A stretch of DNA of 64,000 nt from Squalus acanthias (lineage: Eukaryota): contig CM059431.1 in NCBI GenBank assembly GCA_030390025.1, forward strand, positions 142,726,001-142,790,000, read 5' to 3'. How positions within the stretch are numbered: the stretch's first letter is position 1; every line of letters starts with the position of its first letter. Shown in pieces: positions 22,822 to 35,689 of the stretch. The notes beneath the pieces were generated by a model. That model ran no database searches. It saw only the letters and a list, made by a program, of their open reading frames with translations, and was not told the DNA's origin. The position numbers and the translations under genes were made by a program.

Positions 22822-25530
22822 TGGTGTTCAGGAAAGACAGGGAAGGAAAAAATTAGGTGGGGTGGCGGTATTGATTAAGGAGACTATTAAAGTGCTGGGG
22901 AGAGGATGTCCTGGAAAGGTCAAGGACAGAATCTATTTAATTAGAGTTAAGAAACAGTAGAGGTGCCATTACACAGCTAGGTGTATTCTACAGGCCATCA
23001 ACCAGTAGGAAGTTAATAGAGGAGCAAATTTGCAGGAAAATTACAGAGAGCTGCAAGAACTATATAATAGTGATAATGGGGACTTCAATTATCCTAATAT
23101 AGACTGCGATTGTAATATTGTAAAGAGGGGGAAGAATTTCTGAAGTGTGTTCTTTCTTGACCAGTACGCTTCTGGCTCAACGAACAAGGAGGCATTGCTG
23201 CATCTGGTTCTGGGGAATGAGCTGGGTCAAGTGGTGCAATTGTCATTAGGGGCCTATTTAGGGAAAAGAGGCCATAGTATCATAAGGTTTAGATTAGAAA
23301 TGGAAAAGGGCAGGGCGCAATCTAAAGTGAAAATACTGAACTGGTGGAAGACCAATTTCATTGTGTTGAGAATGGATCTGTCCCGGGTAAATTGGAATCA
23401 AAGATTGGCAGGCCAAACTGTAATTGAACAATGGTCTGCCTTTAAAGAGGAGATATTTCGGGTATAGTCGAGGTACATTCCACGAGAAGGAGAGGTAGGT
23501 TAACTAAAATCAGAGCTCCATGGATGATGAAAGAGATAGAGAGTAAGATGAAGCAGAAAAAGAGCCCGTATGACAGATGTTGGCTGAGAATATAAGTGAT
23601 AATCAGGCTGAATATAGAAAGTTCAGAGGGAAAGTGAAAATGTAAATAAGAAGGGCAAAGAGAGAGCGTGAGAAAGACTGGCAGCTAACATTAGAAGGAA
23701 TAAAAAATCTTCTATATGCATATAAATAGTAAACGTGTCATATGTGGAGCGGTGGGGGCGATTAGGGACCAACAAGCAGATATACGCATGGAGGCAGACG
23801 ACATGGCTGACGTACTAAATGAATACTTTGCATCTGTCTTTACCAAGGAAGAAGAAGCTGCCAAAGTCATAGCGAAAGAGGAGGTAGTTGAGATACTGGA
23901 TGGGATAAAACAAAATTGTTAAAGTGGAGGTGCTAGAAAGGCTGGCTGTTCTTAAAGTAGATACGTCACCATGACCGGATGGGATGCATCCTAGGACGCT
24001 GAGCGAATTAATGGTGGAAATTGCGGAGGTACTGGCCATAATCTTCCAATCCTCCATCGATACGGAGGTGGTGCCAGAGGACTGGAGAATTCAAATGTAA
24101 CACCTTTGTTCAAGAAAGGGTGTAAGGATAAACCCAGCAACTACAGGCCAGTCAGTTTAACCTCGGTAGTGTGGAAGATTTAAGAAATGATAATCCGGGA
24201 CAAACTCAACGGGACAAGTGTGGATTAATTAAGGAACGCCAGCGCGGATTTCTTAAAGGCAAATCATGTTTAACTAACTTGAATGAGATTATTGATGAGG
24301 TAACAGAGAGGGTTGATGAGGGCAATGCGGTTGATGTGGTGTACATGGACTTCCAAAAGGCTTTTGATACGATGCAACACAATAGTCTTGTCAGCAAAGT
24401 TGAAGCCCATGGAATAAAAGGGACAGCGAGGGCATGCATATGAAATTGACTAAGTGACAGCAAACAGGGAGTGGTGGTGAACGGTTGTTTTTCGAACTGG
24501 AGGAAGTTGCACAATGGTGTTCCCCAGGGGTCGGTTCTAAGACCACTGTTTTCCTTGATACACATTAATGACTTGGATTTGTTTATACAGGGCACAATTT
24601 CAAAATTTGCAGGTGGCACAAAACCTGGAAGTATAATGAACAATGAGGAGGATAGTGAGAGATTTCAAGAGGAGAGCAGACAAGCTGGTGGAATGGACGG
24701 AGGCGTAGCAGATGGAAATTTAATGCAGAAAAGTGTGAAGTGATACATGTTGGTATGAAGAACGAGGAGAGGCAATATAAACTAAAGGGTACAATTCTAA
24801 GGGGCTGCAACATCCTCGGGGTATATGTGCACAATTCGTTGAAGGTGGCAGGGCAGGTTGAGAAAGCGATTAAAAAGTGTACGGGATCCTGGGCTTCATA
24901 AATAGAGGCATTGAGCACAAAAGCAAGGAAGTTAAGATGGAACTTTATTAAACACTGGTCCGAGCTCGACTGGAGTATTGTGTTCAATTCCTGGCACCAC
25001 ACTTTAGGAAGGATGTGAAGGCCTTAGAGAATGTGCAGAGAAGATTTACAAGAATGGTTCCAGGGATGAGGGATGTCATTCACATCGATAGACTGGAGAA
25101 GCTATGGTTGTTCTCCTTAGATCAGAGAAAGTTGAGAGAAGATTTAATATATGTGTTAAAAATCATGAGGGGTTTAGACAGAGTAGATAGAGAGTAACTG
25201 TTCTCATCATTGGAAGTGTCGAGAACAAGAGGACAAACATTTAAGGTGATTGGCAGAAGAACCAAAGGCCACATGCGGAAAAACTTTCTTACGCAGTGAG
25301 TGGCAGGATCTGGAATGCAAAGCCTGAAATGATGGTCGAGGCAGATTCAATCGTGGCTTTCAAAAAGGAATTGGACAAGTACATGGACGAAAAAACTGCA
25401 GGGCCAGGGGGTATAGGCGACGGAGTGGGACTAGCTGAAGTGCTCTTGCAGAGAGCCGGCACGGGATCGACAGGTCGAATGGCCTCCTACTGTACTGTAG
25501 CCTTTCTATGATTCGATGATTCGGTGATTC
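22822..25530 (+). mobile_element. Degenerate CR1 LINE (ORF2 with many stops and frameshifts)
   Basis: APE and RT fragments ([32 protein letters not shown]) and a CR1 3' tail. Confidence 0.93.
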
Positions 25531-25589
25531 AACAGCTTAATCCCAGTTTACAGGGAAAGTTCATCACTTTTTAGGAAGAGGGTATATCC

Positions 25590-25770
25590 CCAGACCAGAA
25601 ATACACACAGGGGAGTTGGAGCAGGGGAGGGAGGGAGGGCATGACCGCAGACAAGGAATACACACAGGGGGATTTGGAGCAGGTGAGGGAGGGAGGGGAT
25701 TTCCCCAGACAAGGAATACACACAGGGAGTTTGGAGTAGGGGAGGGAGGGAGGGGAGAGGATGGGGAAGG
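25590..25770. repeat. Three ~57-bp purine-rich tandem copies
   Basis: CAGAC(A/C)AG(G/A)AATACACACAGGG...TTGGAG(C/T)AGG...GAGGGAGGGAGG repeated three times. Confidence 0.75.
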
Positions 25771-26129
25771 AGTCCGTCCCACGCCAGAATTGCTCCTTCC
25801 GGCCCTGTCCGTGTGGTTTGGTGTGAGCTGTGGATAGAAGTGATCTGTTTCACCGGGTGATGTTCTTGGACCAGCCCTGTGTATGGCCTGCAAGTGGGAT
25901 CAGTGTTTAGGATTATATCAAACTGCAGTAATATTCACAACAAATATTCAGGTTTCAAATCAAAAAACAGGTTCCTGGAAAGGTCCTGGACAAAGCAGTC
26001 CGACACTGGACAGCATTATTCCGGATTAACATGAGAATGGGCAGAAAGACCAGCCATACAAGAGCGATACACCAACCTGTCAAAGGCTCAGGGGAGGAGC
26101 TCCAGCCTGCAGTCTACAAACTGCTCACC

Positions 26130-26460
26130 TGGCTGGGTGGGTCCCACTGTGGAGTATGTCTCGGTTGGTGGGTCTTTGGGTGGGGTGGTCTCTGGGTGGT
26201 GCGGTATTGGGTGGGTGGGTCTCTGGGTTGGTGGGTCTTTGGGTGGGTGGGTCTCTGGGTAGGTGGGTCTCTGGGTGGGTGGGTCTCTGGGTGGTGCGGT
26301 ATTGGGTGGGTGGGTCACTGGTTGGGGTAATATTTCAGCAGCTGGGTCCCAGGGTGGGTTGTGACTCGATTGGTGTGTAGCTGGGTGGGTGGGTTTCTGG
26401 GTGGGGCGGTATTTGGATGGGTGAGGTCCAGGTTGGGGGCCCCAAGGGTGGGTGAGCCCG
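26130..26460. repeat. G/T-rich low-complexity repeat (GGGTGGGTGGGTCTCT)
   Basis: Directly visible. Confidence 0.85.
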
Positions 26461-26769
26461 AATTTAAACAAACCCCCTCTCTGGAGGAAAAACCTCTCAG
26501 TCTTGATTCTCCTGTGTGTCATCAACTTCTTTCTTGTCTCTCAATCTTTTATTCTTCAGTTCCTCTGGTTTATAACAGGGATTGGTTGGTAAATGGAGTT
26601 GCTGAGAGATTGTCCGTATAACTGAGTGATAGAGACGGAGCCTGGACCTGTGCTAATTGTACTTTGTTTCACTCAATTTATTTTTGCCCTCTAGTGATGA
26701 TTATCGTTGAAAATTGCCACGAAATGATTTAGTGAATGAAAATTTAGGGAAGAGGAATATTGGACAAAA

Positions 26770-28240
26770 GCTTCCTCCAGAGGAGACAAACCGAGGCCTC
26801 CTCCAGAGGGGAACGACCGAGACCTTCACCAGAGGGGACTGACCGAGATCTTCTCCAGTGGGGAATGACCGAGACCTCCTCCAGAGGAGACTGACCGAGA
26901 CCTCCTCCAGAGGAGACTGACCGAGACCTCCTTCAGAGGGGAAAGACCGAGACCTCCTCCAGAGGAGACTGACCGAGACTTCCTCCAGAGGTGACTGACG
27001 GAGACCTCCTCCAGAGGCGACTGACCGAGACCTCCTCCAGAGGAGACTGACCGAGACCTCCTCCAGAGGAGACTGACCGAGACCTCCTCCAGAGGAGACT
27101 GACCGAGACCTTCCCCAGAGGAGACTGACCGAGACCTCCTCCAGAGGTGACTGACCGAGACCTCCTCCAGAGGCGACTGACCGAGACCTCCTCCAGAGGA
27201 GACTGACCGAGACCTCCTCCAGAGGAGACTGACCGAGACCTGCTCCAGAGGAGACTGACCGAGACCTCCTCCAGAGACTGACCGAGACCTCCTCCAGAGA
27301 CTGACCGAGACCTCCTCCAGAGGAGACTGACCGAGACCTCCTCCAGAAGCGACTGACCGAGACCTCCTCCAGAGGCGACTGACCGAGACCTCCTCCAGAG
27401 GCGACTGACCGAGACATCCTCCAGAGGCGACTGACCGAGACCTCCTCCAGAGACTGACCGAGACCTCCTCCAGAGGCGACTGACCGAGACCTCCTCCAGA
27501 GAAGACTGACCGAGACCTCCTCCAGAGACTGAACGAGACCTCCGCCAGAGGGGTCTGACCGAGACCTCCTCCAGAGGAGACTGATCGAGACCTCCTCCAG
27601 AGGAGACTGATCGAGATCTCCTCCAGAGGGGACTGACCGAGACCTCCTCCAGAGGAGACTGACCGAGACCTCCTCCAGAGACTGACCAAAACCTCCTCCA
27701 GAGACTGACCGAGACCTCCTCCAGAGGGGACTGACCGAGACCTCCTCCAGAGGGGACTGACCGAGACCTCCTCCAGAGGGGACTGAACGAGACCTCCTCC
27801 AGAGGGGACTGACCGAGACCTCCTCCAGAGGTGACTGACCGAGACCTCCTCTAGAGGGGACTGACCGAGACCTCCTCCAGAGGAGACTGACCGAGAGCTC
27901 CTCCAGAGGGGAAAGACCGAGACCTCCTCCAGAGGAGACTGACCGGGGCTTCCTTCAGAGGGGACTGACCGAGACCTCCTCCAGAGGGGACTGACCGAGA
28001 CCTCCTCCAGAGGGCACTGACCGAGGCCTCCTCCAGTGAGGACTTACCGAGACCTCCTCTAGAGGGGACTGACCGAGACCTCCTCCAGAGACTGACCGAG
28101 ACCTCCTCCAGAGGGGACTGACTGAGGCCTCCTCCAGAGGGGACTGACTGAGACCTCCTCTAGAGGGGACTGACCGAGACCTCCTCCAGAGGAGACTGAC
28201 CGGGGCTTCCTTCAGAGGGGATTGAACGAGGCCTCCTCCA
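26770..28240. repeat. Minisatellite, 26-bp unit GACTGACCGAGACCTCCTCCAGAGGA with 23-bp variants
   Basis: Directly visible period; it explains the repetitive minus-strand ORFs. Confidence 0.97.
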
Positions 28241-28554
28241 CAGGTTGAAGTAAATGGGGCCCACCTGAGTTCTGTCTGTTTATTTCCTGGGGTTTATTTT
28301 CCTCTCCGTCCCCTGATTTTGTTACCTCGGGTTAACAAGTTCCTGTTCGATTGTGGCCCTTGTGTTTTGAAGAGGTTGAAGCCTGGGTTAAAGTAGCCCG
28401 GCCTGCAATGTTACAAAAATATGTGAACTTGGTGCGCGACGAACAGTGGCTGAGAGGAAATTAAATTTGGAAACGTTACACCGTGGATGGACATTTCAAA
28501 ATAATGCTTGTGTTTCGGAGCGCTGCAACAACTTTGAGGGGACATGGAGGCCAT

Positions 28555-28850
28555 TTGATGGGATTTGATAGAGTAAATAGGGAGAAACTATTTCCGGGTC
28601 AGGAGGCTGGGTAACCAAAGGACACAGGATTCAAATAATTGGCAAAGAACCAGAGCAGAGATGAGGAGGATGTTTTCTGCAGTGAGTTGTTCTGATCTGG
28701 AATGCACTGCCTGAAAGGGTGGTGGAGGCAGATTGTACTTGTATACTTGTAAAGACAGTTTGCAGGGCTACAGGAAGAGAGAGGGACTAATTGGATCGCT
28801 CTTTCAAAGAGCCGGCACAGGCAGGATGGGCTGTGTGATTCTATGATTTG
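28555..28850 (+). mobile_element. CR1 3' fragment
   Basis: ATAGAGTAAATAGGGAGAAACT...TGGAATGCACTGCCTGAAAGGGTGGTGGAGGCAGA...AAAGAGCCGGCACAGGCAGGATGGGC. Confidence 0.75.
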
Positions 28851-29159
28851 TTGCAGATTGATGGCAGCCATTGCCCGTTGCCTGTGGGGCGCCATTTTTA
28901 GAATCCCAGCTGCGCCCTTTTGCTGACACTCAGTCTCACCATCTTGTGTAAATTGTATATCCAGCCTCCCGAGTAAGACCACCCGCTTCAATAGACTGAC
29001 AGGTCGCGTCTACAGTGTCGTTTGGAGAAGGTGGGATGTACTTTTGAGGAACCTTTATTTAATATATTCAAACAAAGAAGCCACTTTTTCTGAAAATGTC
29101 GAGGAGACCAGGCGTGAGCTGAAGTAAGCGGTGGAGTTTTATTAACACAACACAGGGAC

Positions 29160-29470
29160 AACAACAATAACTTGCATTTATATAGCGGCTTTAATGTAAT
29201 GAAACGTCACAAGTCAATTATCAGGAAAAAAAATTCACACTGAGCCAAATAAAGAGATTTTAGGAGAGATGGCCCAAAGCTCGGTGAAAGAGGTAGGTTT
29301 TAAGAAGCGTCTAAAGGAGGAGGAGAGAGAGGTAGAGCTGCGAAGAGGGTGATGGAGGGAATTCCAGAGTTTAGGGCCTTGGCAGCGGAAGTCATGGCGC
29401 CAATGTGGAGCAACGAAAATCGAGGATGACGAACAGGTCAGAGGAGTGGAGAGATCTCGGAGGGTTGTAG
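29160..29470 (-). mobile_element. L2 LINE 3' fragment
   Basis: Minus strand encodes GPKLWNSL...FRRFLKP; the tail is the reverse complement of ACAACAATAACTTGCATTTATATAGCG. Confidence 0.75.
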
Positions 29471-29897
29471 GGACACTTGTTACAGAGTCTGACTCCTCAC
29501 TGGGAGAGACACACACTGTACACAGGGACACTTGTTACAGAGTCTGACTCCTCACTGGGAGAGACACACACTGTACACAGGGACACTTATTACAGAGTCT
29601 GACTCCTCACTGGGAGAGACACACATTGTACACAGGGACACTTATTACAGAGTCTGACTCCTCACTGGGAGAGACACACACTGTACACAGGGACACTTGT
29701 TACAGAGTCTGACTCCTCACTAGGAGAGACACACACAGTACACAGGGACACTTATTACAGAGTCTGACTCCTCACTGGGAGAGACACACATTGTACACAG
29801 GGACACTTGTTACAGAGTCTGACTCCTCACTGGGAGAGAGACACACTGTACAGAGGGACACTTGTTAGAGTCTGACTCCTCACTGGGAGAGACACCC
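29470..29897. repeat. Minisatellite, 55-bp unit, ~7.7 copies
   Basis: GGGACACTTGTTACAGAGTCTGACTCCTCACTGGGAGAGACACACACTGTACACA; copies start at 29470, 29525, 29580 and onward. Confidence 0.96.
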
Positions 29898-30197
29898 AGG
29901 AATACTGAGTGCGATTGTGAGTGTCCCACTGCAACCCAGACTGAGCCCCACCCTGGGCCCTTCCTGTCTGTGCATTTCCCCAGTGCCCCATTGGGGAACA
30001 TTCAGCCCCGGATATCCTGTAGAAGCAGCGCTGTGGGGCCGGGCGGCTGAGTCTCGTGACCTGCGGCTGGGCCTCTGACATCACAATGGGAGATGACGCT
30101 CGCTCAGCTCGAGTTGGAAACCATTAAATTAAATTCAAATCAAATCATCGGCCAACAATGGTCAAATAATGAGTAGTGACGTCATCAATTGAAATGT

Positions 30198-30284
30198 TCA
30201 CAATTCCACACTCAGTCCGGGTCTGTTTCCTGCAGTGACCTCAGCAGTTTCTGTCCGGTTGAACTGAACTGATTCCCCAACAGC
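30198..30284 (-). CDS. NLR terminal exon (LLGNQFSSTGQKLLRSLQE...)
   Basis: TCTGTTTCAG acceptor and compatible phase. In-frame TGA at 30212-30214; an alternative frame ends RPGLSVEL* at 30198. Confidence 0.65.
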   Translation of the reverse strand, partial: AVGESVQFNRTETAEVTAGNRPGLSVEL

Positions 30285-30456
30285 CTGAAACAGATTAACG
30301 ATTAAACAGGAAATAAACAGATTGAACAACAGTGTAAATAACAGGGAGACTGGGGTTAATATTTCAACAATAATTACAGACAAATATTACCTATAACAGT
30401 GACTGAATCCCATTTATATTTAATTTATTACATTAAACATTAACACAAACACTCAC

Positions 30457-30624
30457 TTGATCCGCTCCAGACTCCTGCAGGTCAGTATGAGGCGGCGGAT
30501 AGCGGGGAATGATCGGTCTGTGAAGGAGTTTGATCCCAGGTCCAGAACCGTCAGTGACTGGTTTGGACTGAGAGCGGAGGCGAGATCCTCGGTACAAGAA
30601 TCTGTGAGACCGACACCAACCAAC
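30457..30624 (-). CDS. NLR LRR exon (168 bp): [55 protein letters not shown]
   Basis: CCCCAG acceptor, GTGAGT donor, RI-like LRR pattern. Confidence 0.88.
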
Positions 30625-30765
30625 CTGGGGATCAGAGAGAGAAATAACAGGAATCAAAGTAAATCCCCGGAGTTAATTAATAACACTATTACAGATACTA
30701 ATAATAATGTACAGTGTCAGACATCCAGTTATTATCAACACAATCTCACACAGTCTGGTACTTAC

Positions 30766-30936
30766 TGCAGTTCCTGTATTTTACAGCCCGGGTTCCTCAG
30801 AGCCGCAGACAGTAGTTTCACTCCTGAATCTCCCAGTTTATTATTACTCAGATTCAGATCCGTCAGTGACCGGTTTGTACTGAGAGCGGAGGCGAGATCC
30901 TCGGCAGAAGAATCTGTGAGACCGACATTCCATAAA
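30766..30936 (-). CDS. NLR LRR exon (171 bp): [56 protein letters not shown]
   Basis: CCCCAG acceptor, GTAAGT donor; the 171-bp size is typical of NLR LRR exons. Confidence 0.9.
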
Positions 30937-31075
30937 CTGGGGATCAGAGAGAGAAATAACAGGAATCAGTAAATCCTCAGTGTTCATTAATAACACTATT
31001 ACTGATACTAATAATAATGTTCAGTGTCAGACATCCAGTTATTATAAACACAATCTCACACAGTCTGGTACTTAC

Positions 31076-31246
31076 CACAGTTTCTGTATTTTACAGTCCG
31101 GGTTACTCAGAGCCGCAGACAATAGTTTCACTCCTGAATCTCCCAGTTTATTATAATCCAGGTTCAGAACCGTCAGTGAACGGTTTGTACTGAGAGCGGA
31201 GGCGAGATCCTCGGCACAAGAAGCTGTGAGACCGTTTTCACACAGC
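31076..31246 (-). CDS. NLR LRR exon (171 bp): [56 protein letters not shown]
   Basis: CACCAG acceptor, GTAAGT donor; near-duplicate of 30766-30936 including intron sequence. Confidence 0.9.
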
Positions 31247-31351
31247 CTGGTGATCAGAGAAATAACAGGAATCAGAGTAAATCCCCAGTGTTTATTAATA
31301 ACACTATTACTGATACTGATAATAATTTCCAGTGTCAGACACCCAGTTATT

Positions 31352-31900
31352 GGCCCAAAAATTAGTGAGGGAGCCTTCGTGCGGGGGTATGGCTTCCCCG
31401 CGATATCTCACTGTGCGCCGGCTTTTTCATTCCCAGCTCGCACGAACTTGATTTTCTGGACAGCAGCTGGGCAGTGCTTGCATATCCCACAGGCGCAGTT
31501 AATTCGTGCGAGCTGTGGGATCACGTGATTCAGTTAGAGCCAAAGGCAGCACACAATCTTTCATTCATAGTTTTCACGTCAAGTGCTGTGAAAGCTATGA
31601 ATCTATACCCCCCCAAAAGAACAGCTAAACCTCAATTAAATTTAAAAAAAAACCATCACATTAATAAAATAAGTATAGTTAAATAAATTAACCACTTTAA
31701 ACAAGAAATTAAATTTTTGAAAAAAATTAAAACTTTTAAAAAGTTATAAAAATAAACTTACCTTTCTTTAAAGTCTCTAAAAAAGATATACCTGTTGAAA
31801 AAAATTCAAAATAATACTTAATTAACTACTTACCTTGTTAAAAGAGGGTCTTACGCCTCCTTTCTTCATGTGCAAAATCTTCCATGCTTACCTGCGCGTT
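31352..31900 (-). mobile_element. MITE copy (same family as 4806-5564), partial
   Basis: Starts GGCCCAAAAATT; reverse-complement homology to ~5000-5564. Confidence 0.75.
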
Positions 31901-31904
31901 CAAA

Positions 31905-32230
31905 GCGGGTGGGGGCCGGAGGCGGGTCGGGAGCGGCCGGGATCGGTGGCGGGTCGGGTGCGGACGGAGTCGGTGGCGGGTCGGGAGCGGCCGGGGTCGG
32001 TGGCGGGTTGGGGCCGGAGGCGGGTCGGGAGCGGCCGGGGTCGGTGGTGGGTCGGGGTCGGTGGCGGGTCGGGAGCGGCCGGTGGTGAGTCGGGGTCAGT
32101 GGCGGGTCGGGTGCCGCCGGAGTCGGTGGCGGGTCGGGGCCGGAGGCGGGTCGGGAGCGGCCGAGGTCGGTGGCGGGTCGGGTGCAGCCGGGGTCGGGGG
32201 TCGGGGTCGGGTCGGTGGCGGGTCGCGGCC
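31905..32230. repeat. GC-rich, G-skewed repeat (GGGTCGGTGGCGGGTCGGGAGCGGCC)
   Basis: Directly visible. Confidence 0.9.
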
Positions 32231-32299
32231 TCGCTCTGGAGAATTGGAGGAAGCGGGTTTGATGATGTCATTTGATGACGCACACATTGAATTTGACCA

Positions 32300-33812
32300 T
32301 TGTGATGTCAGTGTTCTACAGTATTGAGGTGCTGCAAACACTGACAACCTCTGCACAGAGGAGCACGGCTGCACCCAGGCTCTCCCATAACTCCCTCCAT
32401 ATGCTTATGGAGGGAGCCACAGCACGGAGGGAGGTTCTCTTCACTTCCAATGGGCGGAAGAGACCAACACAGCCTGGTTACACATTGCACAGTGGGGCTC
32501 AAGCAGGGATGTCATCAGGGGTCGCAAACCTTTCAATGATCTCAGTAGATCATGAAACGTTACTGCAAAGCCACACTCAACCTCATCCTGCTGTGCCTCT
32601 CATCACATCCCCAACACTCTGCCTTCCCTACCCTACTCCTGCACATTCTTACACCAACTTACCTTGCACCTCCACCCATCCCTCTCTATCTATATTATCA
32701 CTTCCCCATCTCACTAGCCACCCCTCACACTCACCCTGATCCTAGTCCAATCATATCAACTAACAACACACAAGGGTAGGCAATTGTGTGTTTTAGCAAA
32801 TGTTCATGTGAAATTTCTGTTAATATGGTGTCAAACATTGAAATCTTTATTTTCACCACTTTCCTTTCTTCGATAGAGTTATGTGCACCTTTGGATGTGG
32901 CTTAGTGAGTTGCAGTGAATAGAGAAACATAACGGTACCCCCGCAATGCTGATGAATGTGACAGGAATGGTTTGGGCACTGTAGGGATGCTTTATGTTGT
33001 TGGTGTGGCCTGGTGCCAACCTGGAGCATCATGTGGCTTCCAGTGTGTGCAGCGTCAAGTGAAGTAAATCTGGCCATGGTGAGGCCATCTCTGGCGTCCC
33101 GGTCAGCAATGAGGACGGGTGTTGATGCCCTCTGTGCTTTGCAGCATCAGGAGTTGTGGAATAGGTTGGTGTTGTTGTTGGTGCTGCTGGTGTGCCTGGT
33201 GCTGTAGGTGTTGGGGCTGATGGTGGTGGGACTCTGAGGCCCAAGGTGAGACAGTATAAACCATACCCATGCTGATGTAATAGATGGCAGGTGAACTTGA
33301 GATGACAGAAGCGATCGGTCAATGGTGAGAGAGGTTGTTCCATTGAGGGGACAATGGATAGAGTGTTTGATCCAAACACTTGCAACCTGCATAAAGCTCA
33401 ATCTGTCTTCCAAATGCAGTAAGCAACAGCTTCTGTGCTTGGAAAGTGAACAGCTGTGAGATGGGAGCGTTTATAGCACATTTCCAGTTGTCAAGTGGTG
33501 AGGTGATTCCATGGCCAGTCAACTCCCGCCCTGCTCACCTGACGCGATCCCCGAGCAGCGTGGACCACCCGGTAAACTCTGAAGGTGAGCTGAAAATAGT
33601 TTTTAATCCTTTGTTAACAAGGTCATAATGAGCTGAATATCCTCCCCCGTCGCTGCATGTCGGATCTGCTCAGCACTGACAGACCCGACATTTGGGAAAG
33701 GCGCATAGTGGTGGTTTGACAGCGGGGTCCTGACCCGCTGGGGGAAAAAAATCTAGTTTCCCACCAGACCCGCCACCGATCGCGCCCGCTGACCCCCACG
33801 AAATTTCCCCCT
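32300..33812 (+). mobile_element. PIF/Harbinger relic with Myb/SANT-like ORF fragment
   Basis: AAPRLSHNSLHMLMEGATARREVLF resembles the Harbinger Myb-like protein N-terminus; terminus GAAATTTCCCCC. Confidence 0.55.
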
Positions 33813-33884
33813 ATTCCTGTCACTGGGAATTAATCTCACTCTGTCCAACTGCCCATATATTCAGAGACTGTCAGTAAATGCCCC

Positions 33885-35362
33885 TCTAACCAAGCTGTTC
33901 CAGTACAGCTACAACAATGGCTTCTATCCAACAATGTGGAAAACTGCCCAGGTATGTCCTGTCCACAAAGCAGGACAAATTCAATCCGGCCAATTGCCGC
34001 CCCATTAGTCCACTCTCAATCATCAGCAAAGTGATGGAAGGTGTCATCGACAGTACTATCAAGCGGCACTTACTCCCCAATAACCTGCTCACTGATGCCC
34101 AGTTTGGGTTCCGCCAAGACCACTCTGCTCCAGACCTCATTACAGCCTTGGTCCAAACATAGACAAAGGAGCTGAATTCCAGAGGTGAGTGAGAGTGACT
34201 GCCCTTGACATCAACGCAGCATTTGACCGAGTCTGGCATCAAGGAGCCCTAGTAAAACTGAAGTCAATGGGAAGCGGGGAAAACACTCCACTGGCTGGAG
34301 TCATACCTAGCACAAAGGAAGATGGTTGTGGTGATTGAAGGTTAATCATCACAGCCCCAGGACATCGCTGCAGGTGTTCCTCAGGGCAGTGTCCTAGGTC
34401 CAACCATCTTCAGCTGTTTCATTAATGACCTTCCCTCCAACATAAGGTCAAAAATGGGGATGTTCGCTGATGACTGCACAGTGTTCAGCGCCATTCACAA
34501 TTCCGCAGATAATGAAGCAGTCCATGCCCACATACAACAAGACCTGGACGATGTTCAGGCTTGGGCTGATAAGTGGCAGGTAACATTCGGGCCAGAGAAG
34601 TGCCAGGCAATGGCTATCTCCAACAAGCGAGAGTCTAACCACATCCCCATGACATTCAATGACATTACCATCGCCAAATCCCCCACTATCAACATCCTGG
34701 GGGGGTGGGGGGTCACCATTAACCAGAAACTTAACTGGACCAGCCACATAAATACTGTGGCAACAAGAGCAGGTAAGAGGCTAGGTATTCTGCAGCGAGT
34801 GTCTCACCCCCTGACACCCCAAAGCCTTTCCACCATCTACAAGGCACAAGTCGGGAGTGTGATGGAATACTCTCCACTTGCCTGGATGAGTGCAGCTCCA
34901 ACAACACTCAAGAATCTCGACACCATCCAGGACAAAGCAGTCCGCTTGATTGGCACCCCATTCACTCCCTCCACCACTGGCGTACCATGGCTGCAGTGTG
35001 TACCATCGACAAGATGCACTGCAGCAACTTGCCAAGGCTTCTTCGGCAGCACCTCCCAAACCTGCGAACTCTTCACCTAGAAGGACAAGGGCAGCAGGCA
35101 CATAGGAACACCACCACCTCCAAGTTCCCCTTCAAGTCACACACATCCTGATATGGAAGTATATCGGCCGATCCTTCATCGTCGCTGGGTCAAAATCCTG
35201 GAACTCCCTCCCTAACAGCACTGTGGGAGTACCTTCACCACACGGACAGCAGCAGTTCAAGAAGGCGGCTCATCACCACCTTCTCAAGGGCAACTAGGGG
35301 TGGGCAATAAATGCTGGCCTTGCCAGCGACGCCCACACCCGATAAGCAAATAAAAAAATAAA
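33885..35362 (+). mobile_element. 5'-truncated non-LTR retrotransposon (CR1/L2-group RT, a family distinct from the main CR1s)
   Basis: [44 protein letters not shown]...MEYS; AATAAA and A-rich tail. Confidence 0.88.
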
Positions 35363-35689
35363 TGAAGTGCTGTCTGTCTGCCGCATTTAAATGTCCCTCA
35401 GTCCGGTCTCATTCCCTGATGATCAGAATTACCCTCCTGGAGCTCAGTGACCGGCTCCGTCATGTTTGGAGAAACTTGCCTCATTTCTGCTGCTCCTTAA
35501 ATCCTGGATTTTATGGGAATGGGGCGATTTTCCCTGAATTAAATGATAAAGCGATGATTCCCTGTACTATATACTCTGTGCATTATATTAATCTGTGTAA
35601 TATCGCGGGGTGAGTTATATTGTGAAACGCTAACTGCTGCTGTAAAATCCGTCCCCCAGGATTTTATATAACAAGGTGAATTTATACTG

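Noticed and set aside
26701..27689. Minus-strand ORFs of 238 and 287 aa
   Set aside because: Products of the 26-bp minisatellite.
26770..29897. CRISPR-like appearance of the tandem arrays
   Set aside because: Head-to-tail repeats without unique spacers, no cas genes, eukaryotic context.
31835..32374. Gly/Arg/Pro-rich ORFs on both strands
   Set aside because: Low-complexity GC repeat lacking stops.
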